Source of the DNA: Hydrolagus affinis
Taxonomy: Eukaryota
Reading direction: 5' to 3'
DNA: 64,000 nucleotides
NCBI GenBank assembly: GCA_012026655.1
Contig: JAAILG010001001.1
Span: 1 to 64,000, forward strand
The stretch's first letter is position 1; every line of letters starts with the position of its first letter. A model generated the notes under the pieces. It worked only from the letters and a program-made list of their open reading frames with translations, made no database searches and was not told where the DNA came from. The position numbers and the translations under genes are program-made. Shown here in pieces: positions 11,771-24,570 of the stretch.

Positions 11771-12299
11771 ACGCAGTGATGAAACAGGATTTAATTGCTG
11801 AGAATAAGTTTGTGTCCAAAGCTTCTCGTTTAGTTTAAGTCTACAGTGTTTCTGTTTGAAATGATTCCCATCCAAATCTAAATTCAATGCTGCATTTTTA
11901 CTGTTTCACGGAGTGACACAATCACCACCTTACAGTGAAACACTAATCACCATTTTAAGGAGCAAAGTTAATTATCACCTTTGATTGTGAAGCTCACTAT
12001 ACTGCCTGCAATTACCAACACTCTGTGAAGTTCACATTCTCAACTTCAGGTCCAAATAACAAAATCTAAGCATTCTGCATTATAATTGATCCTTAGCTGT
12101 TTGGGTTAGTATGTGGAATCCACTGCATTTGGTTACAGAAATTCGTCCAGCCCAAAGATTACGACTTGGACCATTGGGAGGTAGATTGATCACAATTACT
12201 GATATGGGAGCCAGTGCTTTTACTTCTTCCTGTCCTTAAAGCAGTGCAACTAATTTGAGGCATTTGATTACTGGGATAGTTTTATGCAAATCATTTATA

Positions 12300-12760
12300 C
12301 AACAACAACAAAATTAGATTTGTAGAGTGCCTTTCACGTTGAGAGGAGGTCCCAAGGTGCTGGACAATCAGTGTGGAGCTGGAGGTCGGGATCTGGGAGG
12401 GTGGTGGCCAGGGGAGGGAAGTAGAGTGAGCGAAGGCACAGTTGAAGAGGAGGGTCTTGAGACGGGTCTTAAAGGAGACAAGGAGATGAGGTGAAGAGAC
12501 TGCACAATGGAGTTCCAGAGGGTAGGGACAGAGTGGCTGAAGGCCTGCCTGCCAATCATGGAGCAGATGAGGCAGGGGACGTGAAGCATACCGGAGCCCG
12601 CTAAGCGGATGGAGCAGGCAGGTTGGTCGTGGGTTACGAGGTCGTAGAGGTCGTGGGGAGCAAGCCATGGAGGGCTTTTAAAATGAGGACCAGGATCTTG
12701 AACTGTATCCTCTGTGTCATGGGAAGCCAGTGGAGTCGGGCGAGGATGGGGATGATAGCG
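12300..12760 (-). mobile_element. L2 LINE 3' fragment
   Basis: (caa)n tail at 12300; ORF 12634..12930(-) [32 protein letters not shown]; KTLLFNCAF. Confidence 0.9.
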
Positions 12761-14669
12761 TTACCGATGAGAGCTAACTTTTCATCCACAATATATGAAA
12801 GGTGGGAGGGGTATGCATTGTAAATTTTGTTGGGTGTTATACTGTGCATTAGTGAAAAAGCTATAAAATGGTTGATATTTATTTGTGAGGTTGCAAGTCC
12901 TAAATCAATCCTAGTGAAAGAATAATACAAAGAGGATCAATTTGAAAAGCCAGTTATTATTCAGGTTTAGAGCAGGAAAGGTTGAGGGAGTTTATTTTGT
13001 GGTCAGATGGAAGTTAGTGTGGGGGGGGCAACATAAAAATCTGATAAAAGTCTGAGGTAAAGAGATGGAAGTTCACTGGATGTTATGTATTGCTTATTCA
13101 ATCTAAAAATACTAATCAGATTCACCCAAAAGCTGAAATAGATAGTTGCTGTAAATATAGATGCAGCTTGCATGGGAGGAAATTAATGTAAGAAAGAAAA
13201 TGTGCAGCTGGTGCAATAACCTCTTCAATGGCGAACAGAAATAAAGTGAGAGAGAGCCTTGTAAACAAGCTGACAAACAGCAAACCTACATCACACTCGG
13301 GCATAAAATTAAACATTTTAAATGAAACCAACAGAACAACAGATGTAATATCTGCTTTCAAAAATTAAAATGAGAACAATATTCTGACGGTGTCTTTGAA
13401 TTTTGTGTGAGCAGCACGTAAAAAGTTGATAAATTTGTCCCTGTGCTTTTCCGTTGTCAGCTCTGTTCATTTCTACTTGAACTGTCAAAGCCAAGGTCAC
13501 ACTTAACTTACTTCAATTTTATTTGGTGCACAAAGTAATGTTAATGGCACAGTAGCCTTGCAGAGCTAAAAGACTGATGGTTTGGCAGAGCCATTTATAC
13601 AAGATCAGGTCTTTCATCTTCTTTGAGTTTGTGACAGAAAAAGCATTGAGTCGGGTCTCAGCTAAAGACTTACTGGTTTATTACAAGGAGCAGAAAGAAG
13701 GTTGTTCTTCCCAGCTGTCAAGGAGCTTGTCTGAAGAAAAGTAGAGATCTTTCTATCTGGTCATTTGGGGACACCACAAAGAGACTAATAGTCTTTGGTG
13801 CGTGAAATTTTCACATGATTTAAGTGATTGCTAAATCTGATATTTTCCATTTAACACTGTAAGCGTAGACAGAAAGGGGGGAAAAATCAATATACTCGTT
13901 CATTCAACCGTGTCACAAGATGATCTTTAAAAAAAAGATGTTGGACTAGATACAGCTGTCTCAAAACGACAGGTTTTCTAAAAATTCTACATCTTAATAA
14001 AGATTTGTGATATTTAATGTCTTCTAACATAGGCATCATTTTGTTGTTTCTGATGTTTCCATCTACTCTTTTCTGTTACTCCTCAAGAATTGAAGGTAGT
14101 ATTTCATGTTGGTGGCTGGGTCATCCAGTACCACACTTTTCATCATCTCGGAGTTTGCAGTGATTGTCAGGGTCAACAATCTATTTCACAATGGGCCCAT
14201 CAGGCCCAAACCCAATCTCGTCCTCATTTAACATTAAATTTCTCAGTAGTTCCTTCTGGGTTTATTGAATAGTAATCAGGAGTGAAAAATTAGTCAAGAT
14301 TATTCCAATCACAGCACCCTCCCTAGAACAGGGGCCCTGAGCCCAATTGTAGTGTGACCCTACATACAGCCCAGGTAAGATCATCTATCCCAGTGTATCA
14401 TGTGGATCAAGCTCAGACCCTTAGAATCTGTATTGGATGAGCGTCAGACCTATAAGTAGCCTTGATGGGCTTTTTCATGGATATTTACCTAAATCTGATT
14501 AAATTAAGCCAGCATCCACCAAATAAACCTGGAAGGATTGTACCTATGAATTTTAACCAGTTTTCGGAAGTCAAGAGAATAATTACAAAATGTTTGATGT
14601 GTTTGTTAAATAAGGAATTAAATACATTTTAGAATACTGCATTTTTGACACCAATAATAGATTAATTCC

Positions 14670-15190
14670 ATCATATTGGTATGGGAAAGAGGCAGGGAAA
14701 TGGGATTTAAAAATGTGTCATGATTTAATAAACTAGTGGAACAGGTTCAAGAATATTCAGGATTTTTGTTTATCCTTCATGCTGTTTATACAATGATTTA
14801 ATGAGAATCTATATTTCCATTCAATATATTCCTGATAGGTAATTATTATTCTTCAATTCCATTTTTAAGATAACACAAATGTTTATTATAATCTAATTTA
14901 TAAAATATCCCTATGAAGCTCTGCACATTTTCCTTAGACAAAAAATGGAAATAACATGCTCCATTGACATCAGTCCTGTCACTGTTGTCAGTGCATTCAA
15001 TCATCATTCAAACCAATTGAAATCCTTTTGTTTGTTGGATGAAGAGATTCCAATTTCTGAAGATTTTGTTTTCTATATGAGGGGGAAGGACTAGAGAAGT
15101 ATAAGAGAGGGGATTTGGAGGCCCTTCTGGAGTATAAACACTGGCCTGCACCAGTTGGTCTTAATGCCCTGTTTCTGTTCTATATCATAC
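14670..15190 (+). mobile_element. two highly decayed CR1 3'-end remnants (about 14670-14750 and 15070-15190)
   Basis: ggtatgggaaagaggcagggaaatggg...catgatttaataaactagtggaacagg; gtataaacactggcctgcaccagttggtcttaatgccctgtttctg. Confidence 0.45.
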
Positions 15191-16904
15191 CATGTGATGT
15201 TTTAGAAAAAACCTGAAAGAGTTTCTAAAATCAGCTGATTTAATTAATATATATTTTCAAGCCAGTATGAAACCCTTTGTGATATTATAATTTGGAAGCA
15301 TCAAAGCGAAGAATCATGTTTATGGTATAAAAGGAAACAATATTTGGCAGAATTTGTTCAATAGATGATTAATAACAAAGGGAGGGGGTACAAAATGCAG
15401 TAATTTTGGAATTAATGAATCCAACTGAGTGTTAAATTTACTGAAGGAACTCTCTCCAATGCAGTCCAGTTTGGAAGCAGAATTCCCACAAGTTGATAAA
15501 ATGTGCATGATGTATGTCCACTTACTGGAATGTGTTCCAAATCTGTAATCTTGATTGAAATTCCCACTTTTAGCCACCAGCAGTTCCTGTACCACAGAAT
15601 GTGAACACTGTCCAAGTGCCCTCCGTTACACCGATTGCTTCCAACTAATTTTGTGTAGCAGGAATATGCATTCCATTGTTTTAAGCGCTCTGAGATGCTA
15701 CCCTGTGTGGGGGTGCTATATAAGTGCAAGTTGTTGTTAAGTAATGTCAGTAGCACTTGCCAGAGTGAGTATGGGATCAATGGGTGCCATTACACCAATC
15801 CTCCAATCCAACAACAACACAATTACATATATAGATGCCTTTCATGTTGAGAGGATGTCTCAAGGAGCTAAAATCCACAGATGGCACCGGGGTGAAATCT
15901 GTGATCTGTGATATCATAATTATCACTAATGTGAGTCAGTATCCCATGAAGCAGCACTGAAACAGAGCACATTACAATAACAAAAGTGGCTGTGATTCGA
16001 GTCTTTGGCAGGCTTCATGCTAAAACATTGTCCCAAAGTCAGGATAGGGGTGTTCACAGCCAAAATCACCATAATTTAAAGAAAGTTTGGGCTGCTATTT
16101 GACCCTTTGATATTTGTCACTTTACATGTCACATTATGGAAAGGCAAAAGAATGGGAAAGATATTATTAGAATGTAATGATCTTGCTGAAAAACCTGTCA
16201 ACTTGTATCTTGTTAAAATGTATTGATTTTCAGTAATTATCTCCATTTTACTCTAGCAAATGCTGTAATACAATTGATTCATTTTAATGAATAATTAACA
16301 CCTCATTTGGTCTTGAGTCAGTGTGAGTGGTTATATTGTAAGTTGTTTATCCAGTCCCAAATTGCCCTATAAATGAAAAACAACAAACATTAAGTTGTTT
16401 TTTGGTAGGACAAATTTAGATGCGTTAAATTAATAAGTCCATATAGGCTAAAATATTTGCCAAAGATGTGGAAGATCATTCATGCACTTAAATACAAAGT
16501 TACACAGATCAGAAATCAAACATTTAAAATAGTTATGCTCATTATACAATTTAAAAAAAAAGCTTTATTGTTAATTTTCTTTGTTTAAGTGATGAGTATT
16601 GAGAGTCCAATAGGAAAAAACAACAGAACCCGATAAAGAAGCCACGGAGGTGCTGGGAATGCACCATTGCTGCATCACCACTGGTAAAGGTGCTTCCAGT
16701 GTCTTCTCCATTGAAACCCTTGTAGCCCTGCAGAATTGCAAAAGTTTGTCTCCAATGGGATTTAACTGCTTTGAGATGTCCTCCCACATGAAAGGCAATA
16801 TATAAATGAAAATGTATTGTATCTCCACTTGAATCAATGTTATCTCACAGATTCAGAGCATCACCTTGTCGCCCACGGGATACCAAGAGTCATCCTTAAT
16901 TGTG

Positions 16905-17265
16905 GGAATCTGTAGCTCAGCAGTTAGAACACTCACCTCGCAAGTGAGAGAGCTCGGTTTGATTCCTGGCATGGCAAAATGTTGGGCAAGCTTCCTTACT
17001 CCACACACCTGTTTACCTAGAAGTAAGTAGGAACCGTGGTTGTTAGTCGATTGGCTGATTGCTTTTCAGAGGGTAAAAATCCCTTTCAAATAATTAATAA
17101 TTTGGTGAGTCAATCCACAGTTGTGGGACACTGCTGTGCACAACTGGCTACCGCCAACAAAATATACAGTTAATTCTCTTCACACTATATACCGTAAACC
17201 TGTGATACGTATCGAAGATGTCATATGGCACTACATCAACTGCAAGGATTATTCTTATACTTATT
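16905..17265 (+). mobile_element. tRNA-derived SINE, long variant with an extra internal block
   Basis: ggaatctgtagctcagcagttagaacactcacctcgcaagtgagagagctcggtttgattcctggc; extra block cctgtttacctagaagtaagtaggaaccgtggttgttagtcgattggctgattgcttttcagagg. Confidence 0.85.
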
Positions 17266-17269
17266 ATCC

Positions 17270-17665
17270 TCACCAGATTGTTGTGGGTTTAAGCCCCACG
17301 TTTGGATTGGAATTTATATAGTCTAAGATGCCACTCTAATGCAGTGCTGGGAATGTGTTGCATTGTTGAAAGTGCTTTCCTCAGATGAGACATTAAACTG
17401 ATGTGGAATCTGCCTGTTCAGGTGGACAATATGCCACTGTTCGAAAAGAGAAAGGAGTTTCTCCTGGTGTCTGGATCAACATTCTCCTAAATAAAATTCA
17501 CTTCATAGATGTTTGTGGGACTTTTCTGAGCACAAATTGGCTGCCATGTTCGCCCACAAAACACACAGTCTCTGCCCTTTACAGTTTATCTTATGGAGAG
17601 CTTCAGGAAATCCTTGCAATGTGAAAGATGCTATGATACCAAATGTAAGGATTACTATTTTTTAT
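17270..17665 (+). mobile_element. old Deu-domain SINE
   Basis: gttgtgggtttaagccccac...gcagtgctgggaatgtgttgcattgttgaaagtgc...cagatgagacattaaac...gtttgtgggacttttctgagcacaaattggctgccatgttcgccc...aatgtaaggattact. Confidence 0.75.
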
Positions 17666-18763
17666 TATTGATCCCAATAGCACAAGATGCTGATTGAAAT
17701 TAGCCCCATCTACAAATAGCTGTATGTCTATATGTGATGTCCACCCTGGGCTCCAGCCTCTTTCTGTGGATCCAGTGCAGGAACTCTGGCTATTGCGAAT
17801 ACCCCAGTAACTCACACTGAGGTTCCTGAGGCATAAAGACATCTCACAAGTCTAGTGAGACATCTTTCTTTTAAATATTTACTTCTGAAATTCACAGTGA
17901 GTCTATTCTACCATGATGAATATAGAATAATATACGTACAGTATTACTGTTTTCATTCATTGAAAACAAAAAGAAAAAAATTAAAATAAATAGTTCACTG
18001 ATCATTTTCTTCAAAGTAATTGTTCCCCTGATGAAAGGTGGCAGTAAGTGTGTATATTAATTGTGTTATTAAGCTAATTGTCAATTAAATTAAAATGCTA
18101 CTCTGAATACAATCATCCTTATTGGAGGTTTGTTTGTGCGCTCTCTTTGTCTCGCTGTAAGAGATTAATGATAGTCAGGGCACTGAGGAGTCAAAAGAGG
18201 AACAGTATTTAGAACAGAATATAAATTCATTTACTGAAATGCAGTAAAATGGATCTTGGATTCTAAATGCAGATGGTTTGTTTGTTTGCCTTCTGTTTGA
18301 TCTGGTTCTCGCATTATTATGGTATTTGATGAATTAATTGCTGTTTCTAATATAATCCAGAATATATATATTATTCATTTTCTGCTACCACAGAGATGTT
18401 GAGATGTTGCAGTTACTTCCTTCAAGATGTAATGAAATGGCTTCAGGAAAAAAAATTATTTGCTACTTACAAATCTATATGATCAGGTACTTCAAATATT
18501 TTTTCCTTAGTACAGAATGATGGATTGCAACAGAAATAAGATGATTAAAGTTCTATGTTGGTTGTAAACACATACTTTGTTACAGAATGAATATGTATAG
18601 AATTGGAATGGAGTCTAGTGCACGATAAAGCTATTAAAGGTGATGAATGAAAAAATCTTATCATGATTTCAATTGTTCAGTTGATCATAAATTCGCCTTT
18701 CACTTCGGGAGGATGTCCCAAGGTGCTGGACAGTTACTGCTTCAGACCTGAGCTGAGGACGGT

Positions 18764-18812
18764 GGGGGGGGGGGGGGGGGGGGGGGGGCGGGGGTAGGGT
18801 GGGGGGAGGGTG
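18764..18812. repeat. poly-G tract (poly-C in L2 sense), G-quadruplex-prone
   Basis: about 25 consecutive G followed by further GGG runs. Confidence 0.85.
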
Positions 18813-19022
18813 AGGGGAATAAGGAGTTGCCTATGGATTTATCAAAGAGGACAATCTTGAGGCGAGACTTGTAGGAGACCAGGGAGGTGGCAAGGCAGAG
18901 GGTCTTTGGGATGGAGTTCCAGAGTTTGGGGACAGAGTGGCTGAAGGCTCGCTCTCCAATGGTTGGGCAGGTGAGTTGGGGTATGTGGAGCAGGTCAGAG
19001 TCTGCTGAACAGAGGGGGTGGG

Positions 19023-19530
19023 CAACAACAACAACAACAAAATTGCACTTACATAGCGCCTTTCATGTCGGGATGACTTTCCAAAATGCTGAACAGTCAG
19101 GTCGGGATCCGAACGGGTGGGAGGGAGGGTCGGGTAGGGGAAAGGGGAAGGAGAGTGGGAGAGGGGGAAGAGTTAGTGGGGCAGCCAAAGGCGCGGTCGA
19201 AGAGGAAGGTCTTGAGACCAGCCTTGAAGGAGGAAAGGGAGGAAGCGAGGTGGAGGGGCTGCGGGATGGAGTTCCACAGTGTGAGAGCAGAGCGGCTGAA
19301 AGCCTGGCCGCCGATGGTTGGGCAGTTAGGACGGTGGACGCGGAGCAGGCCTGAGTCTGCTGAACAGAGGGAATGAGTGGGCTGATAGGGAGACAGTAGG
19401 TCAGAGAGATAGACGGTGGCAAGGCCGTGAATGGCCTTGAAAGTGAGAACAAGGATCTTGAATTAAATCCTCTGGGTGACAGGGAGCCAGTAGAGATAGG
19501 CGAGGGTGGGAGTGATGTGGTCGTGAAGCC
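19023..19530 (-). mobile_element. L2 LINE 3' fragment nested in another L2
   Basis: own (caa)n tail at 19023-19040; repeats the KTFLFDRAF to HWLP segment of its host. Confidence 0.87.
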
Positions 19531-20544
19531 TGGTGCGGGAGATTGGTAAGCGGATAGGAGGTCATGGATATAGGGTGGGGCAAGGTTATGGAGGGCTTTA
19601 AATGTGAGGACCAGGATTTTGAATTGGATCCCCTGGATGATGGGGAGCCAATGGAGTTGGGCAAGGATGGGGGAGATGGGGTCAGGAGTTTGGAATGGTA
19701 AAGGACACGGCCACAGAGTTCTGAATTATCTGCAGTCTGTGGAGGGAAGAATTGAGAAGGCCGACCAGCACGGCATTTGCATAATCGAGCCGGGATGTAA
19801 TGAAGGCGTGGATGAGGGTTTCAGCAGCTTTGGGGGTTACACTTTCTACCTTTCTGATCTTCCTCTCTTTAAAACAGTTTACATTTTATGTCTTTTGTTG
19901 TAATATTCTATCATTGATCAATTCTTGACACTAAGTGATTAGAAGAACGTGGGATTTTATTTTTCACCAGTTTATGTCTGTCCCAGTTTGCCAGTAAACT
20001 TTTCAATTGGCATGATGGCAATGTTTAACAAAGAGTTTCATATGAACAGACCAACTGTTATAAAAGGAGTTATGAAAAAGGAAAATTCTCCACATTTATT
20101 TCAGCATCTTGAATCCTAACTGTTCTAACTAGTTCACTCACACACTTTTGCTTAAAATAACAACGTCATAAGAGAAGTTAAACAATTTGAGATGATCTTT
20201 CTTGACTCTCAATTCAATTTTTCTAGCACCATTGTTCTGGATTGCAGGGCATGGAGTTTCATGGTTGCTTCATGGGGTATCAGTTTGACTGAATCTGGAC
20301 TGAATAATTTTGCCAATGTCGGGGTGATCCCCACTACTCTTCCGTAACAAGTGGATTTGTTAATAGTCAGAAGAGTCTGTTATGAAACATTGCATTTTAC
20401 ACCCCAGTATTCTAATGTCCATTTCAAAAATGTAACCCTTGCAATGAGGAAAAAATATATTTCAGAAATAAAATAATATAAACTCAAATATTGCAAAAAC
20501 TTAAATAATGAATAGTTGGATGCTACTGCTTTATAAAAATAAAA

Positions 20545-20640
20545 TAATCATTGCATTTTATTTGATATAGTGCCTTATCATCTCTTTGAGATGTCTCAAA
20601 ACGCTTCACGGAATACACTGTATAGTGCATTGACTGCTTT
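20545..20640 (-). mobile_element. SINE 3' tail fragment
   Basis: ttgatatagtgccttatcatctctttgagatgtctcaaaacgcttcacggaatacactgtatagtgcattgactg. Confidence 0.7.
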
Positions 20641-23584
20641 GCAGTTAGAGGATCAGAATTGTAAGAAATTAAGTACTCCTGAAAACCATCTTTGTATGAA
20701 GGCTTATTTGGGTGGAGATGAGGGATGGCGTTGCCATGCCAATGAAGGCTGAGGCTGCTCTGTTCCTCGCTTTACAGCAGGAGGTATAGAACTGGCCTTT
20801 CCCTGACTGGCGTTTTGGATGCAGCTGAGATTACATTGTTTGTGGGGTTCTGTTAAAATTGACACAAAGCAAGCAGCGAAACCTTATGAAGCAAATCTAG
20901 CTCATGGCGATGATTGACCACCAGGACTACCTGAAGGACTAGCCACATTGTTATTCGCTAATGGAGCCTGGTATGTAGGACCTGGAATATAATTACAAAA
21001 CGCATGTAATTTACTGTATAAACATGTAGTAATTAATCATTTAAGTACATAGCTTTGGAAAAAATAACTCCTTCAATGTAGGAACCCACCCAACATATGA
21101 AGAATAAAGATTTATCATTGAACAAATAATTGTATACTGTATTATAAACAGTAACAACAGAAATGTACGCTATATAATTTACCTCTCAAAGAGGTTAAGG
21201 TGTAACTAGATCCCTGAGGAGAGTGGAAGATTGGATATGGGTCAGACAAAGAGGTAGGATTTTTAAAGGGGTTTGAAGGGGGAGAGGGTGGAGGGATTGG
21301 AGTATAAGGTTCCTAAAAACAAATGAGTTAGCAACAAAAACATAGAAGATTATTGCAATAAATTTATTATTGCAGTACTATAGACATGACCATATGGCCA
21401 TTTCATTAAAATATCTGAAAAAGTGTACATTATCAAGAATAGAGAGGAAGTTTTTTATCTTCATACTAGAAGAACAATTTGAAGAAAGTTAGAAACAAAC
21501 TTTTGGTCAGATAATTCATCCTACTGTCTCAGTAGGAAATATGAATAATTTCAATATCAAACTGAGTGTTTTAATGTATGACCATCATAATCTGCTCCTG
21601 ACGTGAAAGGCATTGTACAAAATGTAATTTTGTTGTTCTTGCTGCTGGAATACTGGAGGTGCACTTTAATGACAGTAAGAGAAGTACACATGCTAATATT
21701 ATTGCAAATCTTCTCAAAAATACTTCCACAGAAAAATTCGCAATCTATTGAGCATGGGTCCCTCAATGACCTGACCTAAAACTTTTTAACATCAGTGTAT
21801 TTGTGTTTATATCAGCATATTTTAAATAAGTTGTCGGATTTTACAACAATAACAACTAAATTACATTTATATAGTGCTTTTCATGTCGGAAGAACGTCCC
21901 AAAGCGCCATAACCAACATTTTAAACATATTATTTCAATTTATCCAAGCAATAAAGCCTGGTCGGATTTGAAGCATCAGTAGCATTTTAAAATTCAGAAT
22001 AAACAGTGTCATGTATAAATTGGATTGATCTGCTAATATTTGGTCAATTCATTCAATTGACGTTCTAATTTCACCGTTGGTCAAGTGTCGAGGGCATGTT
22101 AAAATGTATAATAGAATATATTATGTGCTGTTAATATCATCTAAATTATACTTAACTCCTGGACCAAAGAACGTTTAATATGTGTACTGTGTACTGCAGA
22201 GCAAATAAGATGGCTTAACCGTAATCCACCTGAGACCTAGAGCCATTTAAAATAGCCATAGGTTCCAACAATAGAGGTGCAAATGTGTATTTCAGAACAA
22301 TGTTGTAATGCACTCTGCACCAAGAGGCCAATTACTCCCACATTGCAATGGTTGCTGGGAGACATTACCTTTTTGTGGTCTGAATGGAAAAAAAATACTG
22401 TATAATTGACACTGATATGTGCAGTGGTGCAGGCTGTGCCTTCAGCCAGTGGTTTTATAAATGCAATGAATTTCAAATCTCCTAGGGACACCAGAGAGGC
22501 ATCAATTTGGACAGGTTGCTCCAGGCCTGTTTGATGTGGAGAGTTGAGCCTCCGGCAATACAGAAGAGAAGTTTTAGGAGAACAAGCAAACTCACCTAAT
22601 GTATCACAAAACCAAAATGCCCAAGGGCTGAAGAGCACAGGGTTTATTTGTTAATTTTTAAAAAAAATTCTCACATTCACCAAAGTGTACTCTGATATTG
22701 CAGAGCTATACTTCAATATGAAAGTCAAAGATTAAGCATTCCTCACAGGGGACACCTTTCATAGTGCATTGCTGTATCTCTAACCCTCCCCACCAAATTA
22801 AATGTTTTCTCTTCTAACCAGCTTTTTTAAAAAAAAAGTAATTTATTATATGATTGATTGCTTAGTGTTGCTGTTATAAATGGGTCAATGGTTACCTGCC
22901 AGAGAGGTTCTGATTAGGAAGATTATACAGCAAAGGAAATGTTAAGCTGATGGATCATCTTCAATCAAATTAAGCCCTTAATATTTAATAACATGGATTT
23001 AAACTGCTGCACTTGTTCAGTTTCAAACATTTTGAGATCAGTACTGCAGCAGGCAAGATATTCCATTTTAGGAATGACCAAGGAACATTCAGTCACTAAG
23101 GCTGAGAGAGATGGCTTTTTTTAACTGAGGCAGTATTGCATCCATCTCTGATCAATATATCTCACTGCTTCTTCACTCTGTGGCAGTGGTCATCTTTACC
23201 AAACATACCTCTGGCACACATCTGCTTGAGTGGTCACTTATGTGTTACAACTTCAATGGGGCCTGCAGGATTGCCGGGAGCCCAGCAATTGATGCAGCTG
23301 GTGGTGATGTTATTGATGTATCTGCAGGATATGACGCTAAGTTGCTGGAATTTGAAAGCACAAGATTCAGTTTCACAGCAAAAGTGAAAAATTCAGCTTC
23401 TGTACACAGTAAAGTAGGTAATTTACTAACTCATCATTATGCTTTGCTGATTCTAATTTGGCACAAAATTCCCAAAGTTGTTTGTTTGCACCTACAGTAG
23501 ATTATATTGTACATTAATGGTTTTATCTTCTACAGAGGGACAAACTGATGTCAGCTTCATTCATGTTAAATGGAAACCTCTTTA

Positions 23585-24240
23585 TAAACAACAACAAAAT
23601 TACACTTGTTATAGCACCTTTCATGTCGGGAGGATGTCACAAGGAGCTGGACAGTCATTGTTTCAGACCTGAGCTAAGGTCGGGGATGGGAAGGGTGGAG
23701 GAAAAGGTGAGGGGAATTTGGGATGGGACCGATAGGATTGTTGAAGAGGAGGGTCTTGAGGTGGGACTCAAAGGAGGCCAGGGAGGGGGTGAGGTGGAGG
23801 GATTGTGGCATGGAGTTCCAGAGGTTAGGGGCAGAGTGACTGAAGGCTCGCCCACCAATGGTGGGGTGGGTGGAGCCTGCTGGAGCCTGCTGAGTGGAGG
23901 GGGCAGGCAGATTGGTAAGGGGTTAGGAGGTTGCAGATGTAAGGTGGGACAAGACCATGGAGAGTTTTGAATGTGAAGACCAGGATCTTGAAATGGATCC
24001 TCTGGATGATGGGGAGTCAATGGACTCAGGCGAGGATGGGGGAGATAGGGTCACGAAGCTTGGAGCAGTACAGGACATGGGCCGCAGAGTTCTGATTATC
24101 TGGAGGGAGGATTTGGGAAGGCTGACAAGCAGGGAGTTTGCATAGTCAAACCAGGATGTAATGAAGGCATGAATGAGGGCTCCAGTGGCCTTGCGGATAA
24201 AGTAATGGCGGAGTCAGGCAATATTGCAGAGGTGAAGTAG
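23585..24240 (-). mobile_element. L2 LINE 3' fragment
   Basis: (aac)n tail at 23587; gggaggatgtcacaagg; gaggagggtcttgag; caggatcttgaaatggatcctctggatgatggggagtcaatgga (HWLP region antisense); gcaatattgcagaggtgaagtag. Confidence 0.88.
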
Positions 24241-24284
24241 CATGGAAGAGAAATAAAGCAGTAGCAAAACATATGGGATGAAGC

Positions 24285-24390
24285 AAGGAAGTTATCTTGA
24301 ACGTTTACAAATTGCTAATTAGGCCTAAACTGAAGTATTGTGTCCAATTCTAGGCACCAACATATGTGAGGGCCTTGAGGAGGGTGAAGA
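24285..24390 (+). mobile_element. CR1 ORF2 C-terminal remnant
   Basis: translates as VYKLLIRPKLKYCVQF*AP, compared with LVRLHLEYCVQFWS in the large CR1 copy. Confidence 0.6.
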
Positions 24391-24570
24391 ATTAAACCCC
24401 GTTAAAATTGTATAATTTATCTTATATTGCCTCTCCTCAATCTTCCATCTCATGACTTCACACTTCACACTTTAATTAAATGTGTCTGCCTTTTTCACTG
24501 GCCTGTCCATCTCTTCCTTCTACTATCCTCCTCTCTGTATATGTCTAAGTTTTTTGTCAAAATAACAATT

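Larger units (their letters stand above)
18690..19835 (-). mobile_element. L2 LINE 3' fragment (18690-19022 and about 19531-19835) hosting a nested second L2
   Basis: tail cgcctttcacttcgggaggatgtcccaagg at 18694; breaks at ...aacagagggggtgg and resumes at gggagattggtaag; the continuation encodes the LHWLP and FITSRLDY regions on the minus strand. Confidence 0.85.

Noticed and set aside
11930-12001. Possible tiny TA-flanked MITE (tacagtgaaac...gctcactata)
   Set aside because: End complementarity is too weak to support a call
14200-14470. Possible additional ancient SINE-like repeat
   Set aside because: It looks repeat-like, but I see no clear second copy or diagnostic boxes in the window
16551-16837. 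Minus-strand ORFs with an acceptor-like ttttgcaattctgcag
   Set aside because: No convincing donor and no recognisable protein; the upstream part is a SINE/L2 tail remnant
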